The notes: generated from the sequence alone by a model not told the origin. Shown: positions 25,061 through 37,289, counted from the whole stretch's first letter. The stretch is DNA of 62,247 nt, filler included, from Sphacelaria rigidula (GCA_964200075.2; 7 parts of 7 records of this genome joined end to end with filler, not necessarily neighbours in it), one strand, 5' to 3'. Numbers and translations are program-made.

Positions 25061-26413
25061 TAAACCGTTTTCAAATATATTTTTTGTGCTCGAGTGCCCA
25101 GCTGATGGCGGTTACTGGTTACTAAGGTTTGGTTTATGATCGGGTGGGTTGAATATTGCGTGAGAATTCGCAGCTCTTGATTTCAGAACAATTCGAAGCC
25201 CCCCCGTGATCGGCCGAGAAACATTCCCATAACTAGCGCCACAGCAAAGGACGCACGAGATATTCTGGCTGGTCATACTGGTCGGCTGGTGGTGGGGATC
25301 ATCATAATACCAATTATGCCTCTATTGGGTCAGTTTTGTGTTTTGAATCTGGTGGGGAATATATTTTGGACATTTCCCCCGAACCATCCTGTGCGTGTTT
25401 TCATCCGAATGAACCCTTAACTGTCACCAACAGAGTGATTTTTGAGCGCACCTTAGGAGACGGGAGAGCGGGGCTGGGCTGTTCTGGTCATTTATCACTG
25501 GAGTAGTTTTCGAGCGGAACCCCGGCTACTACTGGGTATCCGGAAAAGTGATCATCCTGTGCTGCTTCACATTTTTCGAGGTACCCTTTGCCTACTGCAC
25601 GAGCGACCTGATATATTCAGGCCCTGTACGGCAATTTTTTTCTCGGGCGGACCCTCCGTTACCGTGACCTTATGCCCAAACATTTTGGTCCGAAGTCTCC
25701 ATGCTCATTGTTCGGCGGAGCCTTGGCATTCGCGGCGTCACGTCCACATACGGCGGTCCTGTCTTTCGATATTTGTGGCGAGCGAAGTTTCCCCGACGAT
25801 GCCGCCGAGGCCACCTGTTTGGGTTCTGAATTCCGACGTTCCTGATCATAGGGAGGGTTGACTGTGGTCGGGTTGTCACGAAAGTTCATGGTCCTGAGAT
25901 CCGTCTTCGTCCTCTTTTAGGGTCTTTTTCAGCAGGTCGTGTCCGTACCGCCTGGCTGACCTTTGCTGTCTTGGTCCTGTGATACCATTGTTTTCCGGTG
26001 GACCTTTGAGGTGGAAGGGTTGCGCCCCCATAATTCATGCGAGTATGATGTCCGCATTTTCGGTTCTAGCAAAGCTGCCGCGGTGGCGAATCGTGACTAC
26101 CTTTATTCGGTCCTGCTCTCAACGTATTTCTTCGAGAAAATGTTCGGGACAAGAACCGCAGATCAGGTGCTCGAGTCTTGAGCTCCTAATTTCCTGCGAG
26201 TTGGTCCCATTCGGCCGCCGGTGTTTCGCATGTTCATGCAGATTTTGACGTGCTTCCCAACGAGCCTTTTCATACTCTCACACTTGTGCGGTCAGCAGGT
26301 GCGTCGTCTACGTCGCCGCTCCCGACCTATTTGCCCTTACCCTTACACTCTCTACATCATGATATCTTACTTTCGGACCGCATTATCCCATTCCTACCCC
26401 CCCACCTCCACCA

Positions 26414-26490
26414 CATGCTCCGTCTCGAAAGGGATGCGTGGTCAATGGTCAAATGACTAAGGCAAGCAACAAATGAGTACGCCCCCCCCC
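26414..26490 (+). mobile_element. Short poly-C-associated retroposon end (subfamily B) with TSD
   Basis: CATGCTCCGTCTCGAAAGGGATGCGTGGTCAATGGTCAAATGACTAAGGCAAGCAACAAATGAGTACG(C)9, flanked on both sides by CCCCCCCACCTCCACCA. Confidence 0.85.
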
Positions 26491-26623
26491 ACCTCCACCA
26501 TTGCTGGTTGGACACCCATGAGGCAGTGTGTAAGCCATGGCTGTCTCTGGAAGTGGCGATACCACAGAATAAAGCAAATCATTGGAGGCTATCATCCAAA
26601 TGCAAGATAATCAGTAGGCTTCG

Positions 26624-26723
26624 NNNNNNNNNNNNNNNNNNNNNNNNNNNNNNNNNNNNNNNNNNNNTTAATTAATTAANNNNNNNNNNNNNNNNNNNNN
26701 NNNNNNNNNNNNNNNNNNNNNNN
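26624..26723. other. Artificial contig spacer
   Basis: N44-TTAATTAATTAA-N44. Confidence 0.99.
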
Positions 26724-27199
26724 CGAGTCAACTTATTATACTAAAACCAAGTAATTTCCTGACGAATCATTATTTGTCCTAACCGTGGACTACTCATACT
26801 TTCTGTACCCTCCAAGTTTTTTCGTGAGAATCGCTACACTAGTCTGGCGAAAGTCAGAGTGGCGTTCGAAGACCAGAAGAGTGTGGTGAAATCTACACGT
26901 GGAGCCGATGACAAATCTTTTCCCGGCGTCACGTTATGATTTAGGGCAAAAATCGGCTCTGAATCAGCAAAATGAGCAATTTTTTTGATGTGTTTCGCCC
27001 AAGCGTTAGTTAACGAGACGTCTATATTGTACATGGTACAAGTTTTGACCTTGTTTCGAGTATCATTTTTTTCCCCATGCCGGCGAGGCCTTCAGCGACA
27101 AAACAAACCGTACATGTTCTCAACATGTAGGTGTTATCGCGTCTACAAATGAAGATTCTAGGGTACAGTACTCATTTGATTCCGCGACGAGAAAGAGCA

Positions 27200-28920
27200 G
27201 ATATTTTACTTGATCATGGCAGGTCAGCGGCGGTGTTTGACGAATAGTAAACACGTACGGGACCCTTGACGTAAACTTGCCACCTCCTACCGTATGTACC
27301 ATACTTGTCCACTAAAAAGTCGTACCAGTCATTTTTTAGTCTACGTTCCCTCTGCATCATGTTCCTATTTTCATAAACGAAACATCTTGACTTGACACCA
27401 TGTGCGAAGTCTACTGCACTGAAAATCCCGAAAGCGTCGCAGCTCATGGTTCAAACGGAGACCTAAAATGTGATGTCTTACGGCGGGTGATGAACCACTA
27501 ACGATCCAAAATGTCATCTTCGTGTAAATGGCAACGGATGGTGTGCAAGTACCTCCCTACTGTCGTGGGTAGTTCTACCGATATGAAACTCCTCGACCTC
27601 CAGGTCTGGGTCATCTGGGCTTTTCTCTCATTTTCTAGTGGAATATGTGGAACATGATGGTTCAAAAATAAGCAACACGGCTATTTTGCGAATACAGAGT
27701 TGGGCCGAGATGAACCCACCCTGGCGGCCGCAGGGTTGACGTCTGGACATGAAGCAAAAACAAGGTGAAAGCTGTGCTACTGTAGTGTAGTGACGTCGTG
27801 GCTTGACTGTGCACCGTGTCACGTGTGGTGACCCAACATGCAGGCCTCGTGAGCTGTATTTTTTTCATTGGACACGTGTGACGTATTGGGACACGTGTGA
27901 CGTATTGGGACACGTGTGACGTATTGGGCCACGTGTGGCATGTATTTATTTATGGCGCAACGGAAATGTACAAGAAGCATTACGTACTTGAGACTTGGAA
28001 ACAAACGTACTCGGTTCTTGCAACACGACCGACCGACCGACTGCACTGCTTCCAGACCCACACACCTGCCTTGACGTGTTTTATATAACATGCACGTACC
28101 TCCTTCAGTTGAGTGACCGTCGCCATTTTACCTTGAAAATGGCGATTGAACTGATTCCGTCGGTGTTTTGCCACTTGCAGTGCCTGTCTGTTTCTCCTGA
28201 GGGTGGTGAAATTTTTGAACTGCCTCAACCTCGCGTGTCCGCTTCATGAGCGGCATATCGCAGATGGAACCAATCGTCAAATGCTGTACTGTGGTCACGT
28301 GGAATCGCCGTTTTTTTTACACCGTCGGGGGTATAGTTTGGTTCTAACACACAAGTGTAGTACAACTTTCCACGGTTCGGACGAATCATCGCCGGTTCGA
28401 ATAACCACATCCACGATTTTTCAGGCCTCATTGCTATAAAGAGAGGAAAAAACTCCACCGATGATCAAGAAGACTCCCACGCAACTTTTGCGCCATTCCC
28501 GTGCCTGGACTGCGCGTACGTGGGTTGCAACGCTGAAAACAAAGCCTGAGGGTTGATTCGTACGGTACGAATCAAGTACGCTAAAATCAAGTAATTTCCA
28601 GACGAAGGATTCATTCGTCCGACCCGTGCAACTTTCGCTTCGGCAGTAAAGGGTACATCAGACATGTAACGGGGCAAGCTTTGGGGCAAAAGTAATCGCC
28701 CGGAGAATCATAGAATTTGCACGTGCCGTAGACCATCCGAACGACTTTGTCGTCGCTGTCGTCCGGCAAGGAGGCGGTCGGGTTTGAAAACTTGAGTTCG
28801 CGTTTTTGATGCTTGGAAAATGGCTGTAGGGTGATGTTTTCTCCGTCACGGCTAATAACTGCACCGACGTGCGCTGGCACTTGAAGGCACACGACATTGG
28901 CGTGTGTTGTTATATGGTGC
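27200..28920 (-). pseudogene. Decayed Mutator (MULE)-like transposase
   Basis: EFFPLFIAMRPEKSWMWLFE...TPDGVKKTAIP...WFHL resembles the MULE core (FPxAFA..ExxxSWxWF; D...A...CxWH). Downstream, QPCGRQGGFISAQLCIRKIAV is SWIM-like. Multiple stops and frameshifts. Confidence 0.42.
27867..27946. repeat. 19-bp minisatellite, about 4 units (ATTGGGACACGTGTGACGT)
   Basis: Directly visible tandem; each of the first three units carries CACGTG and TGACGT. Confidence 0.92.
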
Positions 28921-30102
28921 ACTTATCGCATGAGATTCCCGACGCTACCACCGGTCTATAACGCCCCTCTAACACCGCACACCGCCGATTGAAAATCGGT
29001 CCAACAAATGACCAAGAAGAATAGCAAAAATAGTGACTGTGTACTGTCTGCGGAGAGCCTAGCGCATCCAGGTTTTACATTGCAATGCTGATGGAGGCTC
29101 TTCGCCTTACGTTGGAAAGCTTCTTACGAAAGCTTGAAAAATGTTCCTTGAGATGTCGTGGGCTGTCGCTCGAGTAAGGGCAGTAAGTGCCTTACTAAAC
29201 TGTTGGGACTGTGCTTGACGTGCATGTTTCTTGTCTAAATATATACTACCTGTTGTTGTCTATCTGCCAACAACTACTAAAATAGATATCTTCAGGTTTT
29301 ATGTAGTATGACGTTTGACTACTAGAATACCCAGCAATGGTCACTGCCGTGAACGTTATCTCTTGAAGTGCGAGCTGTTTCGGGAATCCTTGCTGCAAGA
29401 ACGACCACGTGCATGTGCACGTGATGACCAGGTGTGCTCTTTTAGTCATGGTCTGTCGTTGTCGGTACGATCGTGTGTTCGGAGTGAACGCATGGGGAAC
29501 ATGGCAGCACTGAACACCGACGACGGAAACAGCGTTCCCCACAACCTCACCATACGGCGCATCAACAACCCTTGAAGTCGGCTAGCCACAACGGAGATGA
29601 TCGTTTTTGACGCATGAATAACTAGCATGCGAACAAACGGCGTAGCTTGTCTTCCCCTCAATGAAGAAACAAGACGTGGTGCTTCGTGGTTTTCGGCAGA
29701 ACGTGACGCTCACGCGTGATGCATACTAGTTCGACTCTGGGCCGCCGGCCTTGATTTCTTGGTCACGATGAAAAGTGCAGTGCAGTGAGCGAGATTAGCC
29801 CCGTGGTCGCTGAAGTAAGAGCTGAAAAGATCTACGCCCGAAAATACAAAGGCTTGGTATGTAATGTTGGTCGGCATCTTCAAACCATCCTTTTTTTCGT
29901 TCGCTGATTTTTTTCATCAGGTTATTTTCCAAGCGAATTCTTTACAGAAGAGCTACACACGTCGATAAGTTGACCAACCTCCGTCCTCCTTGTTCCATTC
30001 ATGTTGCATGTTCTGTTCTGTCGATCAGAGAAGTAAGTGCGCCGGCTGGGGTGGCAGCGGCCTTGTGGCGAGCAGTGAGCCTACTCCAGCGCACGAATAT
30101 AC

Positions 30103-31869
30103 ATGGACTGCACCAGTGAGAGCGGCGATAGTGGTGTCAGTCAGCGTGAGCTGCTCTGCGGCATGGGGGAAGAAATTCTCCTTCTAGTCTCGCAAGCATC
30201 CCCGACACAGCTCCTCACCAACTGGCTCAATCTCTGCGCCGGTGACATCCCCATCTGGTCACTTGTGCCCAATCGAAACGAGTGCTGCACCCTGCGTCGA
30301 CACGGCGAGGAACTGCTGTCCGTGGTCATGGACCGAGCCACCCCGGGACAGTGGGTCAAATGGCTCCAGATTCCCCTCGAACAAGCTCGTCTCGGCGGGA
30401 AAAAAACTCTTGTTGACACATTGATCGCGGCAGGCGCTGACGCAAATCCCGCGATAGGGGATGTCGGAAGCTCCTCCTGTGCAGACAGCACTGGCTTCTT
30501 TTGTGCCCCGATGACTGGAGGTGCAGGTGCAGGTGCAGGTGCAACAACCACCCGCGGCGCCTGCTCCAGTAGCTTTGGTAGTGCCGCATGTCCTGATGGG
30601 GGAGCGGGGAAGAGAACGGGTAGATGTGGAGGCGGTGACGGTGCAAGGTCTCGTGAAACACAGCGTAGTTCCGATTGCACACGGCCTTCTTCATCGTGCT
30701 ATGGCGGTTCAAGCTCTAGTGTCCCACAGCCGAGTCATCCCACGGCTGCGGCAGCATCGTCCGGCTTCCCTTCCACGGGCAAGGAGGTCGCATCTATCCT
30801 TCCTCATCCTTCGGTTGGCTTCGAGGAGATGGGATCTACACCGCCAGCACAGGCAGTGCCTGCGTTTCCGCCACCAAACGCAAATGCGGGCGCTGGCGAT
30901 TACGTCGCCGCGGCCCTCGGAGCCGACGATGATGCTGCCGCGGCTAACAACCTTCCGCTCCCAGAAGCCGCAACCGCAGCAGCGCTGGTCGACGAGAAGC
31001 TCAGCCTCCACCGCGCCGCGATAGCTGGAGACGTGAACAGAATGCGGGAATTGTTGGTGCACGGCAGGGTTGACAAGAACGCCACCGACCTATGGAGCTG
31101 CACCGCGCTGCACCGCGCCGCCGAACAAGACGGAGATGAATCCGCGCGTCTGCTCATTGCGGCGGGGTTGGACGTCGGGGCCCGCGACATGGAGGGGTAC
31201 TCTCCGCTTCATTTCGCGGCGGCTCGCAGCGCAAGCAAATGCATCGTGCACCTGCTGCAGGCGGGTGCGCAGGTCTCTCTCCGGGGTAACAACGGAGACA
31301 CCCCGCTCCATAGTGCCGTCAGGTTCTTGTCCCTGTCCACAGCTAGGTTGTTGCTCCAGTGGGATGCCGACGAAACGGCTCGGAATGAGGATGGACACAC
31401 GCCCGCTGATGTCACGGGAGTATTGCCCGACGGCCGTGACATCGAAGACGCGCCAGATCCGCTCGCGGCGGCCGCCATTATCGCCGAGCTCGAGGCTGCG
31501 CCGGCCTACCGGCGGTTTCGCATCTGGAAGCGGCGGGCATGGCTCGTGATGCTCCGCGCGAGGGCGCAGGCCCGTCTTGTTCAGTTGCAAAAGGCTGCGG
31601 CTGTGCGAGTTGAAGCTGGGACGTGCGCCGTTGTACCAAAGTCCGTCGGCAAAGGCGCCGGCGAGGCGGGTGCATCGGGGGCGGTCGGAAACCCTGCGGG
31701 GGCAAACGGCGGAGTGGTCGAAAAGCAGAGGACAATGCGGTGTGGGATGGCAGGGGGAGCGAGGGAGCGGCGATGGCGACCGGAACAGGATGCGTTGGTT
31801 CGGGCGGTGAAGCGGACGGTGGCGCTGCCTGAGGAGGGGGTCTTCCAGAAAATCGTGTTGTATTTGTGA
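30103..31869 (+). CDS. Ankyrin-repeat protein (588 aa, intronless ORF) of the brown-algal/phaeovirus-like ankyrin family
   Basis: Long GC-rich ATG-to-TGA ORF with four ankyrin repeats (LSLHRAA, TALHRAA, SPLHFAA, TPLHSAV, plus GHTPADV). It has an N-terminal RATPGQWVKWLQIPLEQA...LVDTLIAAGA motif and C-terminal WKRRAWLVMLRAR and EEGVFQKIVLYL motifs typical of Ectocarpus ankyrin proteins. Confidence 0.92.
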   Translation: MDCTSESGDSGVSQRELLCGMGEEILLLVSQASPTQLLTNWLNLCAGDIPIWSLVPNRNECCTLRRHGEELLSVVMDRATPGQWVKWLQIPLEQARLGGKKTLVDTLIAAGADANPAIGDVGSSSCADSTGFFCAPMTGGAGAGAGATTTRGACSSSFGSAACPDGGAGKRTGRCGGGDGARSRETQRSSDCTRPSSSCYGGSSSSVPQPSHPTAAAASSGFPSTGKEVASILPHPSVGFEEMGSTPPAQAVPAFPPPNANAGAGDYVAAALGADDDAAAANNLPLPEAATAAALVDEKLSLHRAAIAGDVNRMRELLVHGRVDKNATDLWSCTALHRAAEQDGDESARLLIAAGLDVGARDMEGYSPLHFAAARSASKCIVHLLQAGAQVSLRGNNGDTPLHSAVRFLSLSTARLLLQWDADETARNEDGHTPADVTGVLPDGRDIEDAPDPLAAAAIIAELEAAPAYRRFRIWKRRAWLVMLRARAQARLVQLQKAAAVRVEAGTCAVVPKSVGKGAGEAGASGAVGNPAGANGGVVEKQRTMRCGMAGGARERRWRPEQDALVRAVKRTVALPEEGVFQKIVLYL

Positions 31870-32570
31870 CGGGACAGGACGGCGGATGGTGAGTTGAGGG
31901 CTGCGGTGCGTTACTTACTGTTCCTGGCTGGCGTTTTTTCATCGAGTATGGGATATCAAGACTCATACCTGTGCCTAGCGGTAGTGGTGGCGTACCAGGA
32001 GACGGCAGCAGACTACTGAGGTGGAGACATACGAGACGGCTTACAGTGTCGTATCAACGGTGCTCATTCCTCTCATCCCCTTCTTGTGCCACAGCCTCGT
32101 AACAGTATCCTCTCCTCTTGGCTGGTGTTATCCTCATGCATGCAACACGCATGGAGCATGGAGTTGGGGGTGCTCATCAATCTTCTTCGAATACATTCAA
32201 CAGTCCCCTGACTCCTGACCCCCGTATTGTTGCTGCTGTCATAATTGCAGGTATTAAGGATGCCAACTCGGAGAGGGCTACCCGAGGTGGTAGCATTTCA
32301 TAGTCTCTATAGAAGACTTGAGGAAGACGGCTTGATGACAGTCGAGACGTGAATTGACGGTTTAAACGATAGTCAGATAGTCAAGGGGGTAATGTGTCAT
32401 GCTCTCGTCGCTATTTTATACTTGATGGTCATGGCGTTGGTTTATTAATTTGAACGGAGGGTGTGCATGTTTTGCTCGTCGTTCAACATTGAAATGGTGA
32501 TTTGGCAGAAATAGCGACGAGGGTATGCGTATGATAGAACGACTCTCGAGTCATCCGTGTAGGGGTGAAC

Positions 32571-32624
32571 GGGGGGGTGTACTCATGATCATGCTTGCCA
32601 TAGTCATCAGACCATTGACCTCGT
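32571..32624 (-). mobile_element. Short poly-C-associated retroposon end (subfamily A) with TSD
   Basis: (G)7TGTACTCATGATCATGCTTGCCATAGTCATCAGACCATTGACCTCG, with TGAACGGGGGGG on both sides (32566 and 32625). Confidence 0.85.
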
Positions 32625-35529
32625 TGAACGGGGGGGGGGGGACGGTATATACACTCGTTTTTGTGTTGTTTCATTTTGTACCCTCCCTCTTTGTGTGAGT
32701 TAATGTGTGTGTTTCGTGACGTCTTGTCTTTTTACGTAACATCAAAGTCGAAAGGGTCATGGTTCTAATGAAATTGAAGAATGTGTCTTTGAGAGTAATC
32801 AAATGGTGTTTCGGATGAACGGGGAGCGGGGGTGGGGGGTTGGGAGGGGGTTGGAAACGCACGAGTGCATTTACTGTTCTGTGAAGTATACTTGAGCGCG
32901 CCTCGGCCACACTTTCAAAGCCCGGTGGTGTTCCGCTATTTTCTGTTGATTGCTTCTTCTTTTTTTTTTCACCTACTGTACATGTGTTGTACACGGACCT
33001 TGTACGAATACAGTAGGTGACGATATTATGAAGATATTAACAGTAGTGATGATGGTGGGTATGTTTATGGAATGGTATGGTGTGGTTTGGTTTATTTGTT
33101 TTATTTGTTTTGTCTGTCTGAGCGATTTTTTCGAAGTTGCTGAAAAAAAATAGATCGCTCGCTGTTCACCGCTACCACGTTTTGCATGTCGTATTGTGTG
33201 TATATTGTGCGTGTGCTAGGGAAGGTGTTGACCTCGTCGGGCGGTGGGGAAAACAAGGCGGTGGGCAGAACCACGTGTACAGAAAAAGACGAGGGAGTTT
33301 TGACCGGAACTCTTGACCATGTAGAGCAGGAACAGGTTTCCAACATTTTTTTCCCTTCCTTTGAGTGGAACACTACACTATAATAATAACAGTCGCAAGC
33401 GTCGTGAGGTGCTTATTACCGTACGTACGTCTCTGCTTGCTTTTTTTTCGTTTCCAATAATCAAAAATAGTAGTAGGCCTCCACTGTACTGTACGTCGTC
33501 CCCCATCCGTGTTCGATGCGGGGCGCAATGTAGAGGGCTTCCACGTGATTCCGTGCATGCCTCGGAAGGCAACAACGTACGCGATGTGGGTTGGGCCCGT
33601 TGACTGCCGAGCTGGTGTCGTCTGGGTCTTGAATCATTTTTCAGGTAAAAATGATAGACAATTCAACAAATGACCTATCCTGGCGGTTGAAAGTTAGAAA
33701 CTTACTTGTTGTCAGCGTTGCTGTAGCTGCTGTTGCGGACGCTGCTGCAAATTAACTGAGCTATATCGTTTTTGTACAGTGTACTTGGCGATGTGACGAG
33801 TGATGAACAAGAAAAAAATAAGAAAAAAGTGACGTTTCCGAGCCTCTCCTTTCATGTCTTGCCGTTTTGTTTGTACTTTTGTTTGCTTTGTGTTGGGCGA
33901 CTGGGTGGTACGCCTGGGTGAACAGAACCGGGTGGGGGATGACTGGGGGCGGGTGGCGAGGAAGTGCCCGATCGTGGATGTGGGTGGGGTATATGGTTTA
34001 TATAGCCGAGATGATTCGGGGGGTTGGATCTGTAGAAGACAGGAACGCGATGTACCATGGGGCAGCGCGTGTTCGATGTGGCAAAAGAAGTAGGAAGCGT
34101 GAAACCGTAGTGGAGCTTGATTCCACAACAGTAGCTGAGGGTGCGTTGGGGTATGCAGAACACGGGCGTATCGATGCGTGCAAGCAGTGTGCATGGATCG
34201 TATACCCTCCACATGTATTAGTAGTCGTATCGCGTAGTGCCCCTTTACATGGGCTATTGAAGAAAAATAGTGAATCCCGTGGTGCGGGTTTGCTGTTTCC
34301 AACGTATTGGGTCGAATCATGTGTTCTGTTGTTCGAGTTTTGACAGGTGACTGACTGCGGGGAAGATGAGAGGGAGGGGATCAATCACAGCATTTTTTTT
34401 CTGTACAAATGTGGATCGTGGATGCCAACAATCAACAATCCAAACGAATGGGAGGATCAGGATCCCTGCTTTGAATCTCTCGATGTGCGGAGGGCATACG
34501 CGTTTACAGTTGCGGACTGCCTTTGCATGAGGGGTATGTTGGAACGGGGTGAGCGCCTCGAGGTCTCTCAGGTGTGCAGGTGGCTCTCATGAGTAACTCG
34601 ATCATGGTGACAATATCGCCTTTTTGGAGCATGTCCTCGGTCTGGCGCTGTCGAGTGAGGTTTCAGTGAGATCCTCGTTGACTTGTACCTCCGGCGCTTT
34701 GGATCACCGCGAAGCAATTCAGCCCACGCTGTTCACTTTGAACCCGTGTACGCCATCGCGCCACTTACTTTTGTGAAATAGACCTGTGTATGCCGTTGCT
34801 CCTACATACGGCGATGAAGATCCCGAAGTCCTTGTGGATGTTCGTCGTGAGGAGCACCCAGATGCTGAGTGTGCGTGCTGTCATCTCACACTAGGAATTC
34901 AGCAGCATGAAATACGTGTCCTGTGCCGTTTTCAGGGGTGAAACTTACTGCTGCACGTACTGTACCTACCGTACGTACTGTACTGCTCGTTCGTGAGACG
35001 AAGGCAATGCTCCCAAATCTTCGGTTCTGAACCTGCTCGCTATTATACGTGGTCATTTTGTATTCCTTGACACATATCCTCATTTGACAACATATCCATC
35101 CACCATTCCATGATCTCATTAACGTACCTACGCGCCGAGTTATGACGAGAAATTGTGTTCCCGTTTTCGTGCTGTTGTTCCTCCTGAGGCACGCACACAA
35201 TGGTACGTGCTACAGAGTACAATGCGGGTGCGCTGCGTGTCAGGTGTGGTCAAAACAACCGAGAACGGCTTGAGTCCGAACAGAAACTAATGATCGAATT
35301 ACTCTTCGCTTCAGTTTGTCTTGTATACGGTACGGCCTTTTGTACACCTGGGGTTACCCGTTCTCGACAGTTTAGTGAGTTCCGTGAGCCTTTCAAACCT
35401 GTACCCGAGAGTGCCCAAAAAACATCCTCCGAGACCCTACGTTTCCCCCCCCCCTCCCCATCCCCCCCCCTCGGGCGGTCAAACAAATGAGTACGCTCCC
35501 CCCCATCCCCCCCCCTCGGGTGCCTAGAC

Positions 35530-35629
35530 NNNNNNNNNNNNNNNNNNNNNNNNNNNNNNNNNNNNNNNNNNNNTTAATTAATTAANNNNNNNNNNNNNNN
35601 NNNNNNNNNNNNNNNNNNNNNNNNNNNNN
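35530..35629. other. Artificial contig spacer
   Basis: N44-TTAATTAATTAA-N44. Confidence 0.99.
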
Positions 35630-35714
35630 GTTGGGTGGGGGTTGGGGTTGCTCGCGTACTCATTATCATGCATGCTCTAGGTATCAGACCGTGGGCCGCG
35701 CGTCCGGTCGAGGA

Positions 35715-35770
35715 GGGGGGGGGTGTACTCATGATCATGCTTGCCATAGTCATCAGACCATTGACCTCGC
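35715..35770 (-). mobile_element. Short poly-C-associated retroposon end (subfamily A) with TSD
   Basis: Same core as 32571-32624, with GGAGGGGGGGG on both sides. A diverged copy lies at about 35652-35700. Confidence 0.8.
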
Positions 35771-36196
35771 GGAGGGGGGGGGGGGTTCAGAGCGATACAA
35801 CAACAACAAAAAGAACTGTAGTATCAATCTGTGCGTGGTCCACACTACTGCTACACATCCACGAACGCAGACCTTATAGTCAATAACGGAGCACTGACAC
35901 AGTACGCAGTACCCGCGATCGCCACCGTTCTGAGTGGCACCATATCTGTTGTTTGATGTGCACTGGGGAAATCGCTGAGCGTATTCCGTAGTAGGTAAAG
36001 TTCTCACCGGGGCGATATACCGTCAGCGATCGATTTGAGTAAATTTTGTAGTACCACTAGACTGTGCGCTTCAACGCCGCAGTGCCGCCGGCCCCGGCCC
36101 CGGTGGTCTAGTCAGCATGACAGGAGGTTGTGGATTCTGGATCATGACGAATGCCTTGTTTCTAGTAAAATATCTTATCCATCATTGAAAACGTGA

Positions 36197-36425
36197 GAAA
36201 ATTTCTACGATAGCCCCCCCCCCCCCAACCAGCCCAAAAGTGTCACGGAACAAATAATTATACAGCGCCTGATGTTTGGCTTCAGGCTGCATGAAGCGAG
36301 AGCGAACCCAAGCGTGGGAATTCTCAGCTGGTCGTTGTGCTCGGCTTTTTCCATTTCGATTTACGTGAAACTTTTGCCTGGCCAAACCAGGCACTTTTGG
36401 GGGGGGGGCTATCGTAGAAAGTGTC
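36197..36425. mobile_element. MITE family M4, copy 1, 4-bp TSD GTGA
   Basis: TIR GAAAATTTCTACGATAGCCCCCCCC / GGGGGGGGCTATCGTAGAAAGTGTC. GTGA occurs at 36193-36196 and 36426-36429. Reverse complement of 47856-48108. Confidence 0.9.
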
Positions 36426-36873
36426 GTGAGTTCGCGAGTAGCGGAGAATCTACGAGAGTCGATGCGGCGCGGGAGTGGTCATCATCCAATCAATCCTCGG
36501 TAACACAATGTCGGGCATGTGCCGGGGGAGAGACGGGTTGATCCGTCATAACCATGGACTCGTTCCGAGGAAAGAGAAGGGGTTGTGAAAACTTTGACGA
36601 CAAAAGATGAAGACATACCTGTGGCGAAAGAATAAGCGGGCGCTTTCTCCAGTCTTCTGCGAATGAATTGAGTGTTGTGTGGCATATTTTTGCTTTCTCT
36701 TCATTTTTTAATATTATTTTAAATATTTTCTCCTCTTGGTTTTTGCTCCTCATATTCATTCCCTCTCATTTTTGTTCTCCTCTCATCATCCCCTCCCCTC
36801 CCCATTTTTTTGGTTTCTTCTTGCATTTTTTATTTTCTTTCTTTTATTTTGTGCACGAAAAATATTTTCGCAG

Positions 36874-36936
36874 GGGCGTGTGCTCGGCGACGCGTTGTTG
36901 ACGCGCAGTCCTCGACACGAGGCAAAAAGTAAACCG
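36874..36936 (+). CDS. IBA57: Exon of IBA57/YgfZ/CAF17-like folate-binding Fe-S assembly factor
   Basis: TTTTCGCAG| GRVLGDALLTRSPRHEAKSKP |GTGAGT, a 63-bp phase 0-0 exon carrying the GRVxxD motif. It splices in frame to the exon at 37785. Confidence 0.75.
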
Positions 36937-37023
36937 GTGAGTGATGGATGAATATGGCCGCTATGTGTCACTTTTTCAGTTGCTTAGCCCCCGGCGCGGT
37001 CCGTGCTCGAGCGTGGAATGTGT

Positions 37024-37125
37024 GGGGGGGGGTGTACTCATGATCATGCATGCCATAGTCATGAGACCATTGACCTCGCATCCCTACAATGCCGGGGCTG
37101 AGCACGCCGGGTTCTCGCCGGACCA
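37024..37125 (-). mobile_element. Short poly-C-associated retroposon end (subfamily A, longer copy) in the IBA57 intron
   Basis: Core extended by CATCCCTACAATGCCGGGGCTGAGCACGCCGGGTTCTCGCCGGACCA, flanked by TGGAATGTG(T)GGGG on both sides (37014 and 37126). Confidence 0.85.
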
Positions 37126-37289
37126 TGGAATGTGGGGGTGTGTTAATTGTTCTTGATCTTGCTTGTTCTCGCGTGACCAGAATGTAGCACCCGCATCGGA
37201 TATTCAGCTTATTGCTCTAATTCGACTGGTTGACATTATTGTCAGGGCCTGATTGCACAGCAATAGATCTTTCGTAAGATACCCCATTT

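Noticed and set aside
27867-27946. CRISPR-like array
   Set aside because: Head-to-tail units with no spacers; a minisatellite.
30141-31966. Several overlapping ORFs around the ankyrin gene
   Set aside because: GC-rich shadow frames of the real CDS.
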